A stretch of 64,000 nucleotides of DNA from contig OX597821.1 in NCBI GenBank assembly GCA_951406725.2, positions 96,224,001-96,288,000 on the forward strand, read 5' to 3'. Every line of letters starts with the position of its first letter. Position 1 is the first letter of the stretch. A model generated the notes under the pieces. It had not been told where the DNA came from, did not search any database, and saw only the letters and a list, made by a program, of their open reading frames with translations. The position numbers and the translations under genes were made by a program. Below are positions 39,611-54,275 of this stretch, piece after piece. The stretch is from Octopus vulgaris. Its lineage: Eukaryota.

Positions 39611-40528
39611 ATGTATGTATGTGTGGCTTAGAAAATTTCCATGCGGCCTCATGTCATGTATAGCTGTTAACTCTTCACTCCATTTTATTGTTATAGTTTT
39701 GTGATATCTTCTAATTATGCAATTATTTCTCCGACTTTCATGGCAAGTTAGGATAGCATCTCATTATTGACATTCACATCATCAACACCAAGTCCACGAA
39801 AACCGCCATCATAATACCACCGCCACCACACTCACACTAAACCCCGTCTCTCCATCCATCCATTCATAATCATCATCATCATCATTCTTCACCACTCTGT
39901 TGTGAATCTTCTCCAAATATGATGCTGGAATGGTTACAAATATTTTATTTATTTATCATTATTAAATATTTTTTGTGTGTGTATTTTATTTTACGTTGGG
40001 TTTTTTTTTCTGTATTTTTTTTTCTTCTTTTTACATTGTTTTCTCACCATGTGTTTACATTTGCTATTTCAGTCACACAGTTTTTGAAACTGAACTCCTG
40101 AAATGGGAAGACAGTAAGAAAGAAGGAAGGAAAGAAAGAAGAACAGAAACAAAGATGGGAAACAAAATAGAGAAAGAAAGAGAAGAATGAAAATGAAAAA
40201 AGAAGGAAAGAAAGAACATAATACGAGAGAGAGGAGTGGGGGCTGGCGAGTTGTAGAAGTTGGCATTCAAATATGTCTAGTTTGAACTAAAATAGCATCT
40301 TTTCAATAAACGGTCTCTTTAGATAAGTGATTATAACAGTTGCATATGTATGTGTGTATGTGTGTGTGTGTGTTTGTAAATGTGTGTGTCTGTGTTTGTG
40401 TGAATATGTGTGAAGAAGTTTGAGTATGATTGTCTGTATCTATGTATGTGTTCAGGACATTGGAAGTGTTAATACTCTGAGTGTTGTCTTTACTGTTATC
40501 TAGTTTAGCTGTCGGTTTCATTGTAATG

Positions 40529-40912
40529 TGGAAGCACTCCGTCGGTTACGACGATGAGGGTTCCGGTTGATCCGAATCATCGGAACAGCCTGCTCGTGAA
40601 ATTAACGTGTAAGTGGCTGAGCACTCCACAGACACGTGCACCCTTAACGTAGTTCTCGGGGATATTCAGCGTGACACAGAGAGTGACAAGGCCGGCCCCT
40701 TGAAATACAGGTACAACAGAAACAGGAAGTAAGAGTGAGAGAAAGTTGTGGTGAAAGAGTACAGCAGGGATCACCACCATCCCCTGCCGGAGCCTCGTGG
40801 AGCTTTTAGGTGTTTTCGCTCAATAAACACTCACAACGCCCGGTCTGGGAATCGAAACCGCGAGCCTATGACCGCGAGTCCGCTGCCCTAATCACTGGGC
40901 CATTGCGCCTCC
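40529..40912 (-). mobile_element. SINE family B, tail type 2, with TSD
   Basis: Reverse complement of 37498-37874; TTCATTGTAAT on both sides. Confidence 0.92.
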
Positions 40913-41139
40913 ACTTCATTGTAATATTTCCTCTATGAAGTGGTAGTCGATGGCGAGCTCGGTGGGCATGGGATAAAACGTTTTGAGATATTCTATTTAC
41001 CCATCCTCTTTCATATTGTTTATAGAGTTCAAATCCTGCTCCCGTCGTTTGTACGCTTTATACAAATAATACAGATAATAAAACAAAGTATTCTTCAAAT
41101 ACTGATTTCAAATTTTAGCACAAGGCCAGCAATCTCGAG

Positions 41140-41808
41140 GAAGGGAATAAGTCTATAGCATTGACCCAAGTGCTCAACTGCTAGTTATTTTATCGATCCC
41201 GAAAAGATGACAGGTAGAATGGACCTCGGTGGAATTTGATCTCAGAACGCAAAGACGGACGAAATGCCATTTAACATTTTGCCCGGCCTGCCAGCAATTC
41301 TGTAAGCTCACCGTCAAATGTCGGCTCAATGTCAGCAACTTGAAGGGACCCCAGTACTCAACTGGTGCTTATTTTATCAATCCCGAAAAGATGAAAGTCA
41401 AAGTCGACCTCAGCAGAATTTGTTCTCAGAACGTAAGGACGGACGAAATGTCGATTGGTATTTTTCCCATCGTACCAACAGTTCTACCTGCTCATCGCCT
41501 TAGTAGTGTTCAAATATTGAAATTGGATCAACCAAGAGGTCTCTTACCACAAAGATGCGTGGTACAAAGCCACACATTTAGCTGTAGGAAAGCACTTCGT
41601 CAATTCAATCTTACTGTCAGAAACAAGCATTTCATATATGAAATTGATGAGAACGATGGACACATTGCTTAGCGGAGTTGCCTCGTCTTTACGTTCTGAG
41701 TTCGACCTTGCCTTTCATTCTTTTAGGGTACCAGGTGAGTATTTGGGGTCGATGTAATCGGCCATCCCCCTCCCTCAAATTTCAGGCTTTGTGCCTATAG
41801 TAGAAAGG

Positions 41809-41880
<72 letters not shown>

Positions 41881-42070
41881 GAGGTCAGTGGACCAATGGG
41901 TAAGCAGAATCATTCTAACTATTCTAATGGAGAAAATACCACGAATGTCCCGCAGAATTTGTTCTGGGTATTTACCTGATTTCAAATCCTGCCGAGGTGA
42001 ACTTGTGCTTTTATTATCCTGCGGTCGATAAGATATAACACCCAATCAAAAACTGGTGTCAATTTCAATC
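41140..42070. mobile_element. Cluster of diverged family A SINE copies around (ATT)n
   Basis: Degenerate GATCCCGAAAAGATGA..GACCTCGG (-) at ~41190 and ~41380; + copies at ~41670 and ~41970. Confidence 0.65.
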
Positions 42071-42746
42071 GATTAAACGTTGCCCGCCTCATAATTTATG
42101 AACTTAGGAAGTTTATTCCCGTATGAGGAAATGAACGAGGCTTTGGAATGTATTTAGATGTTATAAAGAAATATAAGCAATTAGAAGAAAAACAAGAAAC
42201 GAAGTGGAAGAAGAAGAAGGAGGAGGAGGAGGAGGTGGTGGAGTAGAAAAGAAGAAGAAGAAGAAGAATGAGAAGAAAATGATGATAATATATCACGTTC
42301 TTAGGAGAAAGTTCTTCCAGGATCGATATTGGTTATTTATTTTATATATATATAATCTTGCTTTTACTTTTTATATTTTGTTCAATTATTTTTGTATGTA
42401 TTTTTTCTTTGGAAACCATAGAAATGAAGGTGTTGCCAGGCAACACTGATTAGAAATGTCTAATTAACTTATAGCAGCTATAATTAGAAATGAGGTGAAA
42501 TCATTTACGAGAGTTCAATGTCTTGAAATTCTTGTTACAAATTTGATTGTTTGGAGTCAACATGCCATGATTTCGTCTCTCACGGTATTTTTCAGAACAT
42601 CTGTCCGTTTGTCCAGGCAGCCAGCCAGCCAGCCAGGACTGCCACCCGTCTGACAAACAACTGTATATTATATCATTCATCCCTGCATCAATCCATGCAG
42701 TCCTATCAACCAGCCAGCCAGCCGACCAGGTAATTATCCTAATAGT

Positions 42747-43495
42747 CATCCATCCATCCATCCATCCATCCATCCATCCATCCATCCATCCATCCATCCA
42801 TCCATCCATCCATCCATCCATCCATCTATCCATCCGTCCTTCCGTCTGTCCGTCCGTCTGTCTGTCAGTCCAGCTATGCATCCTATTATTCAGCTTTGTT
42901 GCCACTTTCACGTCATACATCTCTCCTACACTCTTTGTCCTGTCTATTTGTCCGTCTGTCTGTGGCTCGCTGACTTACAAACACTCACTCACTCACTCAC
43001 TCACTCACTCACTCACTCACTCGCTCACTCACTCACTCACACACCCACTCACTCACTCACTCACTCACTCGCTCACTCATTCACTCACTCACTCACTCAC
43101 TCACTCGCTCCTTCACTCACTCACTCACTCACCGACTCACTCACTCACTCACTCACTCACTCACTCACTCACTCACTCACTCACTCACTCACTCACTCGC
43201 TCGCTCACTCACTCACTCACTCACTCACTCACTCACTCACTCACTCTCTCACTCGCTCACTCACTCACTTACTCACTCACTTACTCACTCATTCACTAAC
43301 TAACTCACTCGCTCACCCACTCACTCACTCACTTACTCACTCACTAACTCGCTCACTCACTCACTCACTCACTTACTAGCTCACTCACTCACTCTCTCAC
43401 TCACTCACTCACTCACTCATTCACCCACACACTCGTTCGCTCACTCACTCACTCACTCACTCGCTCACTCACTCACTCACTCATTCATTCACTAA
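42747..43495. repeat. (CATC)n followed by a ~510-bp (ACTC)n tract
   Basis: Direct reading; (ACTC)n at 42983-43495. Confidence 0.95.
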
Positions 43496-43960
43496 CTTGG
43501 TCTACTACATGCAGTATGCACTTATATTATTTCCTACTATGTGCAGTCTTAGAACCTTATGCGCTTGAACATCAATTTTACGTGCAAGAAGGCTTAATTC
43601 AGGGACATATAAACGTGTCAAAATTTCGGGACAGTCCTCCATTTGGCCAGTCATATATTCAACCCTTGTGACTGCTGGTTTCAGAGGGAATTTAACTTTT
43701 AGAGACAGAGCTCTCGAAACAGAATCCGCCAGCTTAAGATCACATATAAATCCTATACGTATGACGGGTATGACGGGTTCGTTAATTCCGTCAAGTCTTT
43801 CATTCCTTAGCCTTGTGCTACGCAAATTATATATACTTTTATGCATGTATGTTTTATCTTTTACTTCTATCAGTCATTTGACTGCGGTCATGCTAGAGTA
43901 CCGCATTTAAGGGTTTACTTTTAAGAATACTTTTTAAGCCTTGTATTATTTTGCAGAACC

Positions 43961-44190
43961 TATTTCTTTATTACCCACAAGGGGCTAAACACAGAGGGGA
44001 CAAACAAGGACAGATATAGGTATTAAGGCGATAACATAGACCCCAGTGCGTAACTGGTACTTAATTTATCGACCCCGAAAGGATGAAAGGCAAAGTCGAC
44101 CTCGGCGGAATTCGAACTTAGAACGTAACGCAGACGAAATACCGCTCAGCATTTCGCCCGGCGTGCTAACGTTTCTGCCAGCTCACCGCC
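43961..44190 (-). mobile_element. SINE family A nested in a family C SINE (43850-44300), 17-bp TSD
   Basis: TATTATTTTGCAGAACC at 43944-43960 and 44196-44212. Confidence 0.92.
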
Positions 44191-44360
44191 TTTTTTATTA
44201 TTTTGCAGAACCGCTAGTTTACGGGCACAAAAACACACCAACACCAGTTGTCAAACGGTGGTGGGGACAGACATAGACAAAAAGACACGCACACATACAT
44301 GCATGCATGCATACATACATATATATATATATATGTGTGATTGTGTGTGTGTATATATAT

Positions 44361-44585
44361 TCCGGTCATTTAAAATGTGACCGCGTGTGTACCGTTGGCG
44401 ATTTTTTTTCCTCCGTCTTCCCTTCTTTGGATCTTTCCTTCTCCTATGTTTCTGACGAAGAGCTCCGCTCGAAACGTTAAATCCTCCTTCTTTCCTTCTT
44501 TCCTGAGCGTCCAATAATACTATACTTGTTCCACGTCCTCGCGTTGTTGTGTTTTCTCTTTGTGTTTTCATGTTTGAATTAACTA
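44361..44585 (+). mobile_element. ~225-bp TA-flanked hammerhead element
   Basis: Second copy inverted at 45142-45350; fragments at 27229 and 24262. Confidence 0.85.
44448..44482 (+). ncRNA. Minimal type-I hammerhead motif
   Basis: GUUU CUGACGA A GAGC-UCC-GCUC GAAAC GUU AAAU; palindromic AACGUU stem III; extra A after A9. Confidence 0.68.
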
Positions 44586-44641
44586 TATATACATCGATAC
44601 ATACATACATACATACATACATACATAGATACATACATACA

Positions 44642-44739
<98 letters not shown>

Positions 44740-45039
44740 TGTATATGTATATATATATGTATATATATATATATATATATAACTTTATAACCTATGCACA
44801 CACACAGAGATATATACGATGGGTTTCTTTCAGTTTCCGTTCAACAAATCCACGCACAAAGTTTTGGTCGGCGGTCCGAGCCAATAGAAGACAATTACCA
44901 AATGTTTCACGCAGTGGGAGTGAACCCATGTGGCTGAGAAGCATGCTTCTTACGACAATGTCACGACTAGGTCTCTATTGAACAAATTTTGGCTAAAAGT
45001 ATTTTCCAAAGACTAATTATGGTGTGGATCCTATTTACA

Positions 45040-45350
<311 letters not shown>

Positions 45351-46003
45351 CTTTTACTTGTTTCAGTCATTTGACTGCCGCCAAGCTGGAGCACTGCCTT
45401 GAAGGGTTTTAGTCGAACAAATCGACCCCTCGACTTATTTTTTGAAAGCCTAGTACTTATTGCATCTGTCTCTTTTGCCGAATCGCTCAGTTACGAGAAT
45501 GTGTGTCGAACATGTATATCAATAGTGTTTCGTTAGTAATCATCAGACCTTTACGTTTTCAGACTTTTATTTCTCCTTTTTTTATGAGGGTAGAATTTTC
45601 TTTATGTGATGCCTTTTCTTGTGGGTCCAGCGACCATATGAGATTACCTCATTAAAACGTCGATCCGTCTTTTATTATATAAAATATAGTAGGGATCCCT
45701 TTACTATTCATAACACCAATACCTATTTATCTAGATTAGTAGATAGATATATGTATCATGGTTGACACTAACATATCCATAGTTTACTCCATTACAGCAA
45801 TTTTGTTATCTATAAAACAAATATCCACTTAGTAAATCACATTACAGAATATATAACAATATCAACTTTGGCAGTAATATCTATAAACGAAACCATATAA
45901 TAATAATGATGATGATAATGATGATGATAAAAACGATGATCATGATGACGTTGACCATAATGATGGTGGTCTATTTATCTATGTCTGTCTGTCTGTCTAT
46001 CTA

Positions 46004-46109
<106 letters not shown>

Positions 46110-46248
46110 CATCTATAAAGTTATCTGCACTACCAGCATCTAGATAGTAAACCAACCTATAGTAATAACAAATCGATTCTTTCTTATCTATAACGCTATA
46201 TAGTAAACCATGTTACGCAAAATAGATATCCATAATATGTATATATAT

Positions 46249-46311
<63 letters not shown>

Positions 46312-46338
46312 TCACGCGCATACACACACACATACACG

Positions 46339-46375
<37 letters not shown>

Positions 46376-46519
46376 CACTAATATCTTAATAGTAAGCTGC
46401 ATTCTACGTAATATGAGATACTTTTCTTATCTGTTCTTCCAATATATAGCAGTAAGATAGTAAACTACATTATAGTAAAATATGCTTGCTTTATTATCTA
46501 TCAAACGTTTCTGCCCTAT

Positions 46520-46840
46520 TGGGAATCTTCTTCAAGCTTCCCCGACTCCTTACTCGCAAGAAAACTCTGGACGAGCTCATGGTTTATCTGCCGTTTACAG
46601 ATGACTACGTCCTTTTTGTGCACACGGAGGTGACATTCCCGACTGTCATGTTGAGCTTTGCTAAAGAGGCCACGATTTTTGGCCACGCCATCAGTCTGGA
46701 GAAAACTGGAATGCTGTTCCAGAACCACTATATCGCACATATTGATCTCAGCGAATCAACATCGAAGGACATCAACTCAACACAGTCGCGAATGTCACGT
46801 CACACTCGCAGAGAGCACCATTTCTAATGATGCAACCTGT
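46520..46840 (+). pseudogene. RTE (BovB-like) RT fragment
   Basis: LPFTDDYVLFVHTE..FAKEATIFGHAISLEKTGMLFQ (cf. LLFADDCALVAHTE..FGLTISLKKTEVL). Confidence 0.72.
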
Positions 46841-46870
46841 GAAAAGTATATATATATATATATATATATC

Positions 46871-47066
46871 AATTATAATAAAGGGTTAATTGCAACAAGT
46901 TGCTCAAAACCACATACCGAAAATATTGTGGTTTTGAGCAACTTGTTGCAATTAACCCTTTATTATAATTAATATAATCCTTACCAAATATGGTATTTTC
47001 CATACCGATAAACTACTGGGTGAAATTTATTAATTTTATTGAATTAATTATATTTCACCCTTTTTA
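46871..47066 (+). mobile_element. ~195-bp TA-flanked hairpin element
   Basis: Perfect 43-bp IR 46871-46913/46928-46970; terminal GGGTGAAAT..ATTTCACCC hairpin. Confidence 0.75.
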
Positions 47067-47081
47067 TATATATATATATAT

Positions 47082-47487
47082 AATAAATATTAGGGAATGA
47101 ATCCAAAATTACAGGGAAAAATCAGATTTAGGGTTAAATCCAATTTTATAGTAAAATATTATATAATATAATTCGAGACAAAACCACTATTTTAAAACCA
47201 AACAAGGAAAGACTTAATCAATACATAAAATTTGAATATAAATTAAATAAACCGCCACTACAAATGTTTCATGTCTGCTCCGACAATCTTCAGGTGGATT
47301 TTCGATCTTCTAATCAGTATCAAATTTGAACTTCAAAATTTGATACTGATTAGAAGATCGAAAAATCCACCTGAAGATTGTCGGAGCAGACATGAAACAT
47401 TTGTAGTGGCGGTTTATTTAATTTATATTAAAATTTTATGTATTGATTAAGTCTTTCCTTGTTTGGTTTTAAAATAGTGGTTTTGTC

Positions 47488-47491
<4 letters not shown>
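47082..47491 (-). mobile_element. TA-flanked element with a 319-bp palindrome carrying a hammerhead on each strand
   Basis: 47173-47330 vs 47332-47491 near-perfect IR. Confidence 0.85.
47367..47409 (+). ncRNA. Minimal type-I hammerhead (mirror copy on - at 47255-47297)
   Basis: CCAC CUGAAGA U UGUC-GGAGCA-GACA U GAAAC AUUU GUA GUGG. Confidence 0.75.
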
Positions 47492-47563
<72 letters not shown>

Positions 47564-47896
47564 AGGATAGCAAAATGCTATGAAAGTACTGGTTAGTTAT
47601 CTAGACAAAGAATATTGAACATTACATTTAACACTCAACTTCAAGGTCACTATATAAACCGTGGTTTATATATATTTATTTATTATAATAAGAAGAGAAA
47701 ATAGAGAGGTAATTAATGAATAATTATATATTAATTAAAAAATTGACAAATATTATTTGCGGCTCTTTCAGTTATAGACCTTCAGAAAATGATTTAATTA
47801 AATTAAAAATTATTTGGAAGTCGAATCTCTTCAGAGGTATATTAATATAAAAATATATTGTTATATTCTTACTTCACAACTGCAATATAAGCCAAG

Positions 47897-48052
47897 GGCC
47901 GCGAGCTGGCAGAAACGTTAGCACGCCGGGTGAAATGAGTAGCCGTATTTCGTCTGCCGCTACGTTCTGAGTTCAAATTCCGCGGAGGTCGACTTTGCCT
48001 TTCATCCTTTCGGGGTCGATAAATTAAATACCAGTTGAACACTGGGTTGATC
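47897..48052 (+). mobile_element. SINE family A, 3'-truncated
   Basis: Match to consensus. Confidence 0.85.
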
Positions 48053-48656
48053 ATGATAACATCCTAACCACTAAGCCATATGTCTCCACCTACATTAGTA
48101 TAATGATGTTATACTAATTATAGACAGCTTCCTTTATTATGTTTAACAACAATATCTATACAGTAAATCTCATTAGCTGAATCAATGTTTTGTGTTGAAG
48201 GCTGGAAAAACATGCAGGCATCTTTTCAAAATGTGTTTATCCTGTATGTACCCTTATAATCAATATTTTTCCACACACACATACGCAGACAGACAGACTG
48301 AGATATACACACACGCACGTGCACATACACACACACACAATCATGCGCACACTGAGACAGACACTCTCACTTTTTTCTCGCACGCACGGTCAATCCCATT
48401 CAGACACTCATACACATATACATATGAATGCATGTACATATACACACACAAATAGATACGCATGTTCATACACGAATACACACACCTGCAATCATACGTG
48501 ATCATACGTACCAACATATACACACATACAGACACAGATAATCACTTACAAATATATACTTGCTTGAAGTTACGCATACACATATACCGTACAAACATTT
48601 GTATATAACTACATACATAAACACACACAGAAATATATATATATATATATATACAC

Positions 48657-48753
<97 letters not shown>

Positions 48754-48761
48754 ATATATAC

Positions 48762-48936
<175 letters not shown>

Positions 48937-49005
48937 TTAGAGAAAATAAGATATAAATGCTAAGGCAGTGTGATATTTCTAGGACATTTATAAAGAGAAA
49001 GGTAG

Positions 49006-49051
49006 TCTTACGGATGTTACAGGGATATAAAAGATATCCCATCATCAGAGA
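49006..49051 (-). ncRNA. Hammerhead-like motif with GUAA replacing GAAA, in an element abutting (TAGA)n
   Basis: UCU CUGAUGA U GGGAUAU-CUUUU-AUAUCCC U GUAAC AUCC GUA AGA. Confidence 0.6.
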
Positions 49052-49681
49052 GGGTATGAGAGAGTTTCAATAGAAGGAAAGAGTAGAGTTCGTTATATAA
49101 GAAGTTATTTTGGTAAGGGAGAGGTACAGGAAGTATAAAGGGAAATATTAGAATAAAAATATATGTATATGTTCATTCTTTTACACCTACAATCCAAAAA
49201 AACGAAGCTAGAATCCAGCAAAAGATTTGAAAGATACTTTATCTGTGAGGGTATTAAAAGAACAAGCTTAATATATATTTGTAAGAAACAAAGATGGCGG
49301 TGAACTAACGTAATCGGTGGAGCGTAGGACGAAGGGGCTTGAGATATTATTTACGTCACTTTACGTTCTGAGTTAAAATATTTGCAGACTTCACTTATCC
49401 CTCCCATGTATCCAGGGTCGATAAAAAAGTATTATGAAAAGGAAGAAAAAAAGAGGCGAATCTGAAGAACTACAGGTGGTAGTCTATGGAATTGGAAAAG
49501 TTTTTTTCTGCTGTGGGGAGAAGAGGAAATAGATGCTGCAGGACTGTAATTTCGTCGGAGAAAGGGAAAAATAGTTTTCCGGAAAATATTTTTTTAGAAG
49601 TGTATGGGCATGTATATGCTTGTCGATGAGTGTATATGTGCATGCATATACTTATATGCATACATACATACACACATATAT

Positions 49682-49760
<79 letters not shown>

Positions 49761-50244
49761 TATATACATATGGATATATGTGTGTATGTATGTATGCATA
49801 TAAATATATATATATATATATGTATATTTATATATATATGTATATATATATATATGTATATATGTGTGTATATAGGCATATATATATGTATATGTATATA
49901 TGTAAGTAGATAGATATTTATATATACATGTATGTATGTGCATGTGTGCATACACTTACACACATAAGTATCTCACTCTCTCTATATATGTGGGTGGGTG
50001 TCTATATGCGTTGGTATGTGTGTTTATGTACATGTTTTCGCGGACATACACATATTCCTCATACGTTGTTGTTCGATACTCCGTTCGATCAACGGAAAGA
50101 TAACCACAGTTTTATGGCTTCATCATTCACATATACAATCACACTAACACGCATACACTGAAACACACACACACACACACAAGTTTGCACACATAAAATA
50201 AGTTTATTAATATATACCAAACATGTTTATGTACATATACATAC

Positions 50245-50288
<44 letters not shown>

Positions 50289-50785
50289 GATTATGTATGT
50301 GAATATGTATGGTCACATCCAGACGCTCATATACATACGCATATATGTATGCATATTATCAAAGTAAACTTCTGTTGTATGTTTAGGAAGATCGTATGCA
50401 ACTGCAACAAACAAAGACAACCACAACGATAACTACATCTGCAACTGCAACGCCGCCAACAACAAGTACAATAAAGCAACCACTTCAATACTACTACTAC
50501 TACCACCACCACCAACACCACCAACATCACCACAGCCACCGCCGCCGCTACCAATAATAATCTAGATATTGATTTATTTCGCAGCTTTGATCGGGTAATG
50601 AATAAATGGCTACAATACTCGACTGTTCAAACGCACCATGTTTGAAGTCACAACAAACATAGTCGGTTTATCATGAAACTTAGGTGACAAAGATGGCCTC
50701 AAAGGCACAAATAATGTCACAAAGCAACCAATTATATTGAAACACACATACAGACTATGTAAAGCTCAACGGAAAACGAATGATA

Positions 50786-50849
<64 letters not shown>

Positions 50850-51531
50850 CACAAGTTTACACCTATTTGTATATATGTAAGTACATGTATACATACATAC
50901 ATACATACATACATAATACATACATACATACATACATACATACATACATACGTACATACATACATACATACATACATATAGATATATATGCGCGTACGAA
51001 AAGCTAAATATATATATATATATGCGCGTACTAAAAGCTAAATACCTGCTTTCATTTAACGGCGACCTTAATATTCGAAAAGAATATTCAATATACTTTC
51101 CATACATTTTGTATAGAATGGATACATAATGGGTAAATTAAATGTATTATACTTTATTCTGCATACTTACTATGAACGCGACAGTGGCTGAGATAATACA
51201 TATACGATAATACATTTTGTATAATATCCTTCATGCACCGAGCCAAGGGTCAAGACGATTAGCATTTAAAATGCGTCAGTATATGGAAAATCCATGAATA
51301 CTTGAATATTTATTTCCAAAAATTTAGACAGACCATTGCTGTAAGTATCGGTAACAACACATGCGCACTCGCACGCACAGACGCAGAGAAAAATAACTGT
51401 ATTGGCAGAACATTATGTCGGCGTCTAAACATAATGATTTAAATGTACTCTAGGTCTAATCACAGCTAATATCTTAGGAAGAGAAAGATAGATAAATACA
51501 GCAACTATTCACACATATAATATATATTTTA

Positions 51532-51827
51532 CTAGCAGTATCGCCCGGCGTTGCTCGGGTTTGTAAGGGAAATAACTATATAAGCATTTTTAGAGAGTTA
51601 TAGCCAAAAAATGCATTAAAATAGAAAAAAAATTATGGTAATTTTTTTTTTAAATCGTTGACTCATCGTAGACATTTTTAGAGAGTTACTTCCCTTATAT
51701 AATAGCGAAAAAAATGCATTAAAATGGAAAGAATGATGGTAATTTTTTTTTTAAATCATAGACTGGGAGTAGTTAGGAATCTAAATCGTAGGAGACAGAC
51801 ACACAACTTCACTTTTATATATAAAGA
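51532..51827 (-). mobile_element. Non-autonomous Helitron, copy 3 (internally deleted)
   Basis: Reverse A|TC...CCCGAGCAACGCCGGGCGATACTGCTAG|T. Confidence 0.85.
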
Positions 51828-52366
51828 TTTTACCACACTAACAAAGCTGCTGAAAGTTCAATATTTGGCTCCAGGCATAACACTTTTACTGTGGCGTTAT
51901 TGAATCCAAAGACCTAGTCAGCTGTTCGATACTCTTTCATTGGATCCCTCATTAATTAGCATGCCTATAAATCTGTATTATCTCAGTATTCTCGGGAGAA
52001 TTTCTGAGAATTCTAATTTCCTGCTCAATGTTGAATTGATCATGTTCCCTTATAAATATTACATTAGATTTAGGACTATGGATTACATGAGCCACCGTCG
52101 AAACTCTAATCAGTTAAATATTTACCTTTAAAATTTTCTTGCTTCACTCATTGTATTGCAGCCATGATAGGACACTTCTTTGAATGGTTTAGTCGAACAA
52201 ATCTAACACCAAATTTTAAAGTGCAGTACTCTATCGTTCTCTTTGGCCGAACCGTTAATGTTACTGAGACATGAAAAAAAACGTTCATTGTTTATCAAGC
52301 AGTGAGCTGATAAACACAAAGGCGCACACACACACACACATACACACACACACACACGCGCACACA

Positions 52367-52443
<77 letters not shown>

Positions 52444-52947
52444 ACACGGCAAGCTTCCCTCTAACAAATTCAGTCACACGACATTGGTCAACTCAAGGTG
52501 CCACGTAGTGGATCTGAACCCGAAATCACATGGCTGGAAAGTGAGTTTCTTAACCATGCCACCTTATTCAAAAAGAAACTGTAAGATCTTTTATTGGCAG
52601 ATTTCGTTCATGTTTAAGCAGAAGTCGTTTCATGCTTATGTCCTCAGATAGTTACGACAAAATTCTTTACATCAAAAATAAAACATAGCATAGCATTATC
52701 AAAACTGTAAAGATTAATCGAACTTCCTTCTAGATCAAATAGGCTTCTATGACGTCGTATATCTGCTGAAGCAGAGCAGGCTGACTATAAACAAACATAA
52801 CTATAATGAAGAAGAACAGTTTAACTAAGGACTGGACATCGTTCTACAAGTGTAGCACAATTGGTTTAATATTTTCTATTATTGTTTAATATTTTCGATT
52901 TCTATAATTTCCAAAACTGATACGAAATAGAGAATCAATGATCTGTG

Positions 52948-53590
52948 TAGGAGTAGCTGCGTGGTAAGTAGCTTGCTTATCAACCAAATGGTTCTGGGTT
53001 CAGTCCCACTGCGTGACACCTTGGGCAAGTGTCTTCTACTATAGCCTCGGGCCGACCAAAGCCTTGTGAGTGGATTTGGTAGACGGAAACTGAAAGAAGC
53101 TCGTCGTATATATGTATATACGGTGAGCTGGCAGAAACGTTAGCACGCCGGGCGAAATGCGTAGCCGTATTTCGTCTGTCGCTACGTTGTGAGTTCAAAT
53201 TCCGCCGAGGTCGACTTTGCCTTTCATCCTTTCGGGGTCGATAAATTAAGTACCAGTTACGCACTGGGGTCGGTGTAATCGACTTAATACCTATGTCTGT
53301 CCCCTCTGTGTTTAGCCCCTTGTGGGTAATAAAGAAATAGGTATATATGTATATATATATATATGTATATGTGTATATATGTTTGTGTGTCTGTGTTTGT
53401 CCCCCCAACATCGCTTGAAAACCGATGCTGCTGTGTTTACGTCCCAGTAACTTAGCGGTTCGGCAAACGAGACCGATAGAATAAGTACTAAGCTTAAAAA
53501 GAATAAGTCCTGGGGTTGATTTGCTCGAATAAGGACAGTGCTCCAGCATGGCCGCAGTCAAACGACTGAAACAAGTAAAAGCTTAAAAGA
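52948..53590 (+). mobile_element. SINE family C with a family A SINE (53121-53340) inserted in its TA spacer
   Basis: tRNA head GGGTTCAGTCCC, CORE-like CACCTTGGGCAAGT, tail CCAGCATGGCCGCAGTC..GAAACAAGTAAAAG. Confidence 0.9.
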
Positions 53591-53643
53591 GTGTGTTATT
53601 CTTTACACACACATACACACACAAACACAGGTCAATGTGTGTA

Positions 53644-53675
<32 letters not shown>

Positions 53676-54216
53676 CATCTGTCTATATGTTTACACATAT
53701 CGATAAATACAGAAAAAAAACCTACCTTATAGTAATCCTTAGACACTCCCCAACCGACCATAGTTACCATAATCTATTCAATAGAAAAAGCTAGTTACAG
53801 CTGCACATACCACATCCCTTAAAAACGCACCACACAAATTATAAACAAACTCTTGTTTGTAATGTCTGCCCATTTTAATCGTCTGGCCGTCTAGTTGACT
53901 ATATGTCCGCACATCTGCCTCACTAGTAATATCGTTGTCTATATATTTAGGTCATTGTACTTAAGTAAAACTGCAAAGAAAACAAGATAAATACAATTAT
54001 AAAAACACGGACAAAGAGGAATCATTTATGTGTTATAACATCACCATCAACACCATCATCATTACTAGATACCCACAATTTTTTTTTAAAATATTGTATT
54101 GAAAGGATATTCGATATATTTTCCTTAATTTTTTTCAATCATTTGAGTTCAGTAAATAAATAAACCAATTATCCATGTGTATTTCCATTCACGCGTGTAC
54201 GTGCTATATAGATCTT

Positions 54217-54275
<59 letters not shown>

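Noticed and set aside
45522-45550. Minus-strand CUGAUGA..GAAAC
   Set aside because: Stem II is marginal and there is no stem I partner or NUH; at best a decayed motif.
47760-47840. Minus-strand CUGAAGA..GAAAG
   Set aside because: No convincing stem I or III and no cleavage triplet.
52980-53561. Recurring peptides RNWYLIYRPRKDERQSRPRR and IHSQGFGRPEAIVEDTCPRCHAVG
   Set aside because: Antisense translations of SINE families A and C.
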